From the NCBI GenBank assembly GCA_964291415.2, contig OZ219919.1:116021-180020 (forward strand): a DNA stretch of 64,000 bases. Reading direction: 5' to 3'. Under the pieces are notes generated by a model. That model made no database searches. It had not been told where the DNA came from and saw only the letters and a program-made list of their open reading frames with translations. The translations under genes and the position numbers were made by a program. This document shows positions 57,484 to 64,000 of the stretch, piece after piece (the stretch's first letter is position 1; every line of letters starts with the position of its first letter). The stretch comes from Alphaproteobacteria bacterium. Its GTDB lineage: Bacteria > Pseudomonadota > Alphaproteobacteria > SP197.

Positions 57484-58988
57484 CCGTCCCCGCTCTCCGC
57501 CGCCTCGTCGCACAGGCGGTGGACGTGCCACGGCCGTGACATGAAGCAGACGCAGAGGTCGGCCACGACGGGTTCGAGGGCCTTCACGGCCTTGCGCCGT
57601 TCGCCCGTTGCCGCATTGAGGCGTTCCATGGCGCGGTTGATCCGTGCTGCGAGGGCGTCGATGTCGATGGTCGTGAACCGCCGGTTTTCGTAGACCATGC
57701 GTCCGTTGATCATGACGTGGTCGACCGATCCGCCGTCGTCGGCATAGACCAGCTGATTGAGCGGATCGTTGAGCGGCAGCCAGGCGAGATCGCCCAGATC
57801 GATGAAGACGAGATCCGCCAGGTATCCAGGCGCGATCCGTCCGATCCGGCCGTCGAGGCCCATGGCACGGGCGCCGCCCAGGGTGGTCATGCGGAAGGCT
57901 TCTTCGGCCGACACCCATCGGGAGAGATCGTGCGTCATGACCCGTGACACGAAGGTGGCAAGGCGCATCGCCTCGAACATGTTCTGGTTGTCCGAAGAGT
58001 TGGATCCGTCCGAACCCACGGCAACGTTGAGCCCGGCCTGAAGCATGCGGCGCACCGCGGCTAGACCCGACCCCAGCCGCAGATTGCTGCCCGGGTTGTG
58101 GACCACCGAGGCGCCGCGATCGGCGAGGAGACGCATCTCGTCGTCATCGAGCCAGACACCGTGCGCCGCGGTGAACCGCTCGTTCACCAGTCCGATCCTG
58201 TCGACGTGGCGGGTGAGCGACATGCCGTAGGTCTCATGACCGAGAACGGACTGGAACTTCGACTCGGCCATGTGCATGTGAACGGGCAGGGAGTACTCCC
58301 TGGCGAGATCCCGGCAGGCCTCGAGAAACGCATCCGTGCAATGCATCGGTACCGTCGGGGCAAGGCCCGGGCGCACCATGTCGCTGGCAGGCGACCAGTC
58401 CCGGACGATGTCGCGGCAGGCGTCGATCGCCACCTGCCAGGGTTCGGGAGCCCACGCCTTCACGGTGTCCCGCAGCCCGGCTCCCAGAGCCTCGCCAAGA
58501 CCCGGCACAAGGTCGTGGAAACCGATGTCCGCAACCATGGGCGCGACCACGGCGCGCATGCCGGCATCCTCGTAGGCCCTGGCCACCTCGCGGATGCCGT
58601 CAGGACTGGGGTGCGGCAGTTCAAGTGTCAGGTCATAGGTGGCGGTGCACCCCCGACGGATCATCTCCGCGGCGTTGAGCAGCGTGGCAAGGTACATGTC
58701 CTCGGCGGTGCGTCGCCCGCTGATCCACACGCCCGCATTGAGCAACAGCTCCAGGGACCAGCGGTCACCGCGACCCTTGCCGAGACTGCCGTGGCCATGC
58801 GTGTGGCCATTGACGAGTCCGGGAATGACCAGATGGCCGGACACATCCCTCACCGGGACGCCGTCGGGACCGGCGGTTCCCGGCGGCATCACGTCACGGA
58901 CGGCGCCGTCATCGACGTATATGTCACGATACGGCGCATCCCGGTTATCGTCGTCGAGGATGCGTGCCCCTCTCAGGATCACGGTCAT
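57480..58988 (-). CDS. AtzA/TrzA/MTA-SAH deaminase family amidohydrolase
   Basis: PGLVNGHTH, HMHMAES, AHGVWL, HNPGSNLRLGSG, GSDG, GYLADL. Confidence 0.9.
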   Translation of the reverse strand: MTVILRGARILDDDNRDAPYRDIYVDDGAVRDVMPPGTAGPDGVPVRDVSGHLVIPGLVNGHTHGHGSLGKGRGDRWSLELLLNAGVWISGRRTAEDMYLATLLNAAEMIRRGCTATYDLTLELPHPSPDGIREVARAYEDAGMRAVVAPMVADIGFHDLVPGLGEALGAGLRDTVKAWAPEPWQVAIDACRDIVRDWSPASDMVRPGLAPTVPMHCTDAFLEACRDLAREYSLPVHMHMAESKFQSVLGHETYGMSLTRHVDRIGLVNERFTAAHGVWLDDDEMRLLADRGASVVHNPGSNLRLGSGLAAVRRMLQAGLNVAVGSDGSNSSDNQNMFEAMRLATFVSRVMTHDLSRWVSAEEAFRMTTLGGARAMGLDGRIGRIAPGYLADLVFIDLGDLAWLPLNDPLNQLVYADDGGSVDHVMINGRMVYENRRFTTIDIDALAARINRAMERLNAATGERRKAVKALEPVVADLCVCFMSRPWHVHRLCDEAAESGDG

Positions 58989-59935
58989 GAGGACGTTCCG
59001 GCGGAAGCCATGACGCGGGCCAGGTGATCGGCCCAGCAATCCTCGGGCTGCCACCCCAGGACCTCCCTCGACGGCCGCAGGTCGAAGGCGCTGGCACGCG
59101 GATGACGCCGGTAGAGATCCGCATCACCGATCGCCGGCCGGCGACCGCATGTGCGCTCGACGGCGTCTACGGTCTTCAGGGCCGAGCAGGTATCCGGGCC
59201 GGTGACATAGAAGCTGCCGCTCCGGATGCCGCGCACTTCAAGGGCCGCGCGAAAGGCCCGGGCCGCATCGTCGGGTGAAACGAAGGCCCTGGTGATGGCC
59301 AGCGGTTCGCGCAGGATCCGCCATCCTGCTCCACTGGCGGCGGGCGGCGGGTCGGTGCCGTCGGCCTCGCTGGCCGTCTGCGCCATGGACCACGTGATGT
59401 CGGGCTGGGCAACAAGGCTCGGTCTCAGCGCGAGGACCTCGAGGTGCCCCCGGTCAACGAAGGCCCGGGCGAACTCCTCCGCCACCTTCTTCGTCATGCC
59501 GTAGGCCTGGCGGGGCAGAAGTTCGGTGTCCACCGGCAACGGCAGCACGCCAGGCGGATTGTCGGCGCCAATTCCCAGGGCGGCCACGCTCGAGGCCAGG
59601 ACCACGCGCGAGATGCCAAGTTCTTCGGATGCCTGCAGAACGTTCCACGTGCCGCGCAGGTTGACGTCCACGTAGGCCTCTTCCTCCTCGACGACGCCGT
59701 CATCAAGAGCCGCAAGGTGAACCACCGCCTGGCACCCCCGCAACGCTCCCCGCACGGCATCGATGTCGCGCACGTCACACAAGCACGCCTCGCCGTCACC
59801 GGCTTCGATGTCGATGACGGCGACGTCGCAGACCGGTGCGAGATGCCTCACCACGTAGCGACCAAGGCGGCCGCTGCCGCCCGTGACCGCCACGCGGGAA
59901 TAGGGAAAACCGCTCAAGAAGGACTCTCCCGTCAA
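58985..59935 (-). CDS. NAD-dependent epimerase/dehydratase
   Basis: VTGGSGRLG, VHLAA, N..GT.NV, ASS, YGMTK. Confidence 0.9.
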   Translation of the reverse strand: MTGESFLSGFPYSRVAVTGGSGRLGRYVVRHLAPVCDVAVIDIEAGDGEACLCDVRDIDAVRGALRGCQAVVHLAALDDGVVEEEEAYVDVNLRGTWNVLQASEELGISRVVLASSVAALGIGADNPPGVLPLPVDTELLPRQAYGMTKKVAEEFARAFVDRGHLEVLALRPSLVAQPDITWSMAQTASEADGTDPPPAASGAGWRILREPLAITRAFVSPDDAARAFRAALEVRGIRSGSFYVTGPDTCSALKTVDAVERTCGRRPAIGDADLYRRHPRASAFDLRPSREVLGWQPEDCWADHLARVMASAGTSS

Positions 59936-60619
59936 GCACCATTCCCATCCTGTACGTCCTGCCGCAGACGTGTCAAAGGTGGCCCCTTGACCCGGTGCGC
60001 AACCACCGGTGATATCTCGAAGGCGGGTCCGGCCTCGTTGCGATGAACCTCGCCTTCATGACCGGTCCCGCGGCCAACATCATGTCGGAATTCACGCGGC
60101 GACCCAGGTGGGATGGCGCCGGTGCGGATCGAACCGAACCGCACCAGTGTGACCGGGCCGCCATCCTCCTCATCCGAACTTCATTCTTCGAACGACGCCA
60201 ACCGGCCCGTCCTGCACCAGATTGTCCGCGGATTCCCGGATTGTACCGACACTCGCGAATTCAATCGATGATTGTGAAGACAACGCACCGTCAACCGTAT
60301 CGGGAGACCGGCCAGCGGGACCAGCGCGTCGCGCAGCATGCTTCACAGGCATCGCGAGGCCCCTTTGCCGAAATCTGCCTTGTCTGGTGCATTGTCAGGC
60401 ATGATGGTAAGCCTCATCGTACCTGGAGCTCGCGGACCGGAGGGAATGACGATCATGCCGACGACCATCACTCCCGGACCAAGTTCATGGGTTGCCCTTG
60501 TCACCTGGCGCCGAACTTTCGTGGAAGGTATCGCGAAGTCGACCGACGCCTTCAACCGGCTGTTCGACGTCGGAAGGCTGGTCGCCCGGTGGTGCGGCGG
60601 TGTGAGGCGGGAGTAGGTC

Positions 60620-61528
60620 ATGTCCATCTATCGCACCGCCGATGACCGTTTTGGGGATCTTGTCGTCGATGTCGCCGGCTTCGAAACGCTGGCCGAGGGA
60701 TTCAGGTTCACGGAAGGACCGTCATGGCATCCGGCGGAACGCCATGTGACGTTCACCGACATCCCCTCGAACCGCATTCACCGCTGGCACGCCTCGTCCG
60801 GTACGGTCGAAGTCCTGCGCGAACCCAGCAACATGACCAACGGCACGTGCTACGACGCCCGTGGCCGGCTGCTGATGTGCGAACACGCCTCCAGCCGGGT
60901 TTGCCGGCTCGAGCACAACGGCGAGACCACCGTGCTGGCGGACAGCTGGCAGGGCCGCGAGCTGAACAGCCCCAATGACATCGTCGTCGACGATCACGGC
61001 GGCATCTGGTTCACCGATCCCCTCTACGGCCGGGAGAGCGGCACCGGCGTTGTGCGCGAGCCGGACCTGCCTTTCCGCGGTGTCTTCCGGATCGACCCCT
61101 CGGGCGATCTTCACCTCGTCGACGACGACTACGACGGACCGAACGGTCTCTGCTTCTCGCCCGACAATTCGCGACTTTACGTCAACGACAGCGAACGCCA
61201 GCACATCAGGGTCTACGAGATCGACGAGGCGGGCGCTGCCTCCGGTGGCCAGGTCTTCGCCGAGACGCGGGACGACGACGGCACGCTTGGAAGCGGCTCG
61301 CCGGACGGCATGAAGGTCGATGCCATGGGCAATCTGTGGTGCGGCGGGCCGGGCGGAATTCATGTCTTCGACGCCAACGCCACTCTGCTCGGCGTCATCC
61401 TGACCCCCCGGTTTCCGGCCAACTTCTGCTTCGGGGGCGACGACATGCGCGATCTCTTCGTCACCGCGGAAACAACCTTTCTGCGCCTGCGTGTCGGACA
61501 TCCCGGACATCCGACGTTCCAGCCATGA
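60620..61528 (+). CDS. SMP-30/gluconolactonase family protein
   Basis: FTEGP, LNSPND, PNGLCFSPD, PDGMKVD..GNLW, NFCFGG. Confidence 0.92.
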   Translation: MSIYRTADDRFGDLVVDVAGFETLAEGFRFTEGPSWHPAERHVTFTDIPSNRIHRWHASSGTVEVLREPSNMTNGTCYDARGRLLMCEHASSRVCRLEHNGETTVLADSWQGRELNSPNDIVVDDHGGIWFTDPLYGRESGTGVVREPDLPFRGVFRIDPSGDLHLVDDDYDGPNGLCFSPDNSRLYVNDSERQHIRVYEIDEAGAASGGQVFAETRDDDGTLGSGSPDGMKVDAMGNLWCGGPGGIHVFDANATLLGVILTPRFPANFCFGGDDMRDLFVTAETTFLRLRVGHPGHPTFQP

Positions 61529-61599
61529 CGGCCGTTCGCGACCACCAGCAGATCTCGCAATGCAACGTGCCTCGACAACAGGGAAGGAAGCCCTGAAAC

Positions 61600-61756
61600 G
61601 GCTGTCAGAACGTTGCTTGAGGTCAAGGCGTAGCCCGGCGCCGGATATGAGTTGGTTGCGTTCTTCGGGTCAATCCTTCCCGAGACGCTCGCCTGCGAGG
61701 GCTGCAACTGAGAGCCGCGAGTTGCAGGCAAGGTAACTGACGTTGGGAACGATCAG
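61600..61756 (-). pseudogene. VapC toxin relic
   Basis: (M/L)IVPNVSYLACNS overlaps the antitoxin stop and resembles the MIVPDVNLL..A.N start of PIN toxins. The frame then degrades; the 3' limit is approximate. Confidence 0.5.
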
Positions 61757-62013
61757 CGAACCGGTTTTCGAGCGAACTCGTCCGCCTCCATCTCGTCAAC
61801 CAGCTGATTAAACCGGTCGGAATCGCCTCCGGACTTGAAGCCGAACGCATGGGACTCCACCTCGAATGGAGGCACCCGGGGCGATGTGCTCCGCATCCCG
61901 AGAGCGATGCGCAACGCATCGTTCACGACAGCATTCATGCTCTTGTTCGTGCGCCGCATCTCCTGTTGCAGGAGCTGTTCGACATCCGGGTCGACGGTCA
62001 GTGTGGTTCGCAT
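61753..62013 (-). CDS. VapB-like ribbon-helix-helix antitoxin
   Basis: MRTTLTVDPDV..L......S...VVNDALR.AL, acidic C-terminus. Confidence 0.82.
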   Translation of the reverse strand: MRTTLTVDPDVEQLLQQEMRRTNKSMNAVVNDALRIALGMRSTSPRVPPFEVESHAFGFKSGGDSDRFNQLVDEMEADEFARKPVR

Positions 62014-62016
62014 GGA

Positions 62017-62047
62017 CGACATCATGATGGTCCTAATGATGATGTCG
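62017..62047. promoter_or_regulatory. Inverted-repeat operator of the antitoxin gene
   Basis: Perfect CGACATCAT-N13-ATGATGTCG immediately upstream of the start codon. Confidence 0.6.
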
Positions 62048-62408
62048 AGATGTCATTGGGCCTGGTGTCCGGGGCGACTGCCGTCGTCTGTGATCGCTTG
62101 CGCAAACCGCAGCGCTCTGCCGTCGGATGCCTGCCCTTCCCGTGCGTTCCGCTGGCAGGGTGTGTGCCTGCCCCCCGGTCGTTTGCAGATCTCGCGCATT
62201 CTGGCGACGGTGCGCGGCCGTAGCGTGACAACCGCCCGGAACCCGGCTCACGTCCCCGACCTGACCAGGTGACGGCATGGCTGTCCAAGGGCCTTGTAGG
62301 GGCGTCGGGCACACCTGCGCAGGTGCCGCAGGGCCGATGCAGGTCCGGATGACATCTCGTGGTTCCCTCGACGCTTCCGGCGGCAGGGGGATCCAATGAT
62401 TCCGATGA

Positions 62409-64000
62409 TCAGGGACAGGCACGCGGGATGACGAGGGCGTCGACCGCCTGGCAACCCTGTGGGTGGACGATGAGGGGATTGATGTCGAGTTCGCCGAGGC
62501 CGTCTCCCAGGGTGGTGGCGATGACCGAGAGCCGGGCGACGGCGTCGATGAGGGCGTCCACGTCCACGGCCCCGCCGCCTCTTGTGCCATCGAGGAGCGG
62601 CCGGCAGGCGAGCTGATCGATGGCGCGGCGTGCGCTCGCCCGCCCTGCGGAAGGAAGAAGGAACCTGCGGTCCGCGTGTGTCTCGATCAGGATCCCTCCT
62701 GCGGCAATCATGACCAGGGGCCCGAACTGGTCGTCGATGACGATGCCCGCCGCCATTTCCACGCCACGGGGAGCCATCGCTTCCACCAGCACCCGCGGTC
62801 CCAGCCTTCCCGCGAGGTCGCGCCATCCCCGGACGGCATCGTCTTCGTTGCCGACTGCGAGGATGACGCCGGAGACATCGGTCTTGTGGAGCACACCGGC
62901 GGTGGCCGTCTTGAGAACCACGGGCCAGCCGATTGCGGCCGCCGCGGCGGCGCACTCGTCAGCCGAAACCGCCATCCGCCTCGCCGGCGCGGCAATGCCG
63001 AAGCTCTCCAGGAGGGCGAGACCCTCGTTTTCGTCGAGTGCCTCGGCCCCGGCAAGGCGTCGGCGCCAGCGCTCGATCACCGGCTCGCCGGGGACGGGCG
63101 CCATGTCGCCAGGGGAATCATCCACCCGGTCCCTCCTCTGCATGGCCAGGCGGACCGCAGCGAGGAAGGTCTCGGTGCCGTCGATGACGAGAACCGGGCT
63201 CGCCGCCGTCCTCCTCGTCATCTCCGGGTCCATGGCCCGGCTCCAGTGCTGGCAGAAGAAGACAGGCTTCGCCGTCTCCCGCTCGATCTTCTCGCAAAGA
63301 TCGAGGTAGATGGAGCCTCCGGTTTCAAGGCCTCCGAGGTCCGCGAAGATTCCCGTCATGGCCGACGCCGGGTCATTGGCCAGCGCCGTCATGGAGTCCG
63401 TGTAGACATTCTGCCAGTCCCGGCCCGAGCCCCATACGTCTGTCGGATTCACCGGTTCGAGGCCGTACTCCAGGAGACCGGAGAGGGTCTTCACCGTCCC
63501 TTCGCCGATATCGGCGAAGGGAACGTCCATCCTTGCGGCAAGATCGAGCAGCATGCCGCGGGCGCCGCCCGAATCCATGATGCCCGAGAGGCCCCCCGGA
63601 GCGATCTCCTTGTGATGCGCGAAGAGGCGGCTGGCGGCGGCGAGTTCATTCCAGGTGTCGACCCGCAGCACGCCGTAGTGGTCGAAGACCGCTTCGTAGG
63701 CGGCATCGTTTCCGGCGAGCGCACCGGAATGACTGCGCGCCAGTTCGGCGCTGCGGTCGGTCCGGCCCACCTTGATCGCCACCACCGGAACGTCCGCCCT
63801 TGCCGCCCGATCGAGAGCCGCCCGGAAGGAATCGGGGTCGCGCACCGTCTCGAGGAAGAGCGCGATGACCCGCGTGCTCTCCTTGTCGAGCGCGTAGTCG
63901 ATGTAGTCGGCCGCTGTCACCGTGAGTTCCTGACCCGCCGAGATGCACAGGTTGTGGCGATGTCTGGGATCGACGAACTGCAGGGTCAGAAAGCAGGTGC
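62409..64000 (-). CDS. Acetate--CoA ligase family (NDP-forming acyl-CoA synthetase), 5' end beyond the window
   Basis: SAGQE, IALFLE, PVVAIKVGR, SHSGALAG, NPTD, PVVLK..HKTD..GV, FGPLV, ELDINPL. Confidence 0.92.
   Translation of the reverse strand, partial: TCFLTLQFVDPRHRHNLCISAGQELTVTAADYIDYALDKESTRVIALFLETVRDPDSFRAALDRAARADVPVVAIKVGRTDRSAELARSHSGALAGNDAAYEAVFDHYGVLRVDTWNELAAASRLFAHHKEIAPGGLSGIMDSGGARGMLLDLAARMDVPFADIGEGTVKTLSGLLEYGLEPVNPTDVWGSGRDWQNVYTDSMTALANDPASAMTGIFADLGGLETGGSIYLDLCEKIERETAKPVFFCQHWSRAMDPEMTRRTAASPVLVIDGTETFLAAVRLAMQRRDRVDDSPGDMAPVPGEPVIERWRRRLAGAEALDENEGLALLESFGIAAPARRMAVSADECAAAAAAIGWPVVLKTATAGVLHKTDVSGVILAVGNEDDAVRGWRDLAGRLGPRVLVEAMAPRGVEMAAGIVIDDQFGPLVMIAAGGILIETHADRRFLLPSAGRASARRAIDQLACRPLLDGTRGGGAVDVDALIDAVARLSVIATTLGDGLGELDINPLIVHPQGCQAVDALVIPRACP

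Noticed and set aside
1-64000. CRISPR array, reverse transcriptase/DGR, prophage, integron
   Set aside because: No regularly spaced repeats and no cas, RT, integrase or phage structural motifs were recognised by eye.

Overview
GC-rich bacterial DNA, most likely from a marine alphaproteobacterium (SAR11/Roseobacter-like TmoX, MaeB-PTA malic enzyme, KefC, YaaA). Host association is possible but is inference. About 55 genes were called, dominated by catabolism of small N-, P- and S-containing compounds: a TmoX-like binding protein, a non-pyrrolysine MttB, an OYE flavoprotein, two ThDP enzymes, a GlnT/GmaS-like glutamylase, a TmpA/TmpB-like phosphonate oxygenase pair, two TauD dioxygenases, a CodA/pterin-deaminase-like plus creatininase operon, and hydantoin enzymes. 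No rRNA, intact tRNA, CRISPR array, integrase or intact transposase was seen. The most notable items are: (1) a soluble GAF-PAS-kinase-receiver-winged-helix fusion divergent from an orphan tmoX, with a structured operator between them; (2) a Tat-exported binding protein, an output-less HAMP sensor and an OFA-type MFS next to a decayed kinase; (3) a seven-gene tmpAB operon with unexpected partners; (4) an amidohydrolase whose catalytic barrel is removed in frame; and (5) many short gene relics (GyrI x2, tRNA-fMet 3' half, IS66 tail, kinase, VapC, frameshifted PhzF). All calls come from motif recognition by eye. No database searches were run, and start codons were chosen from RBS or gene overlap and are approximate.
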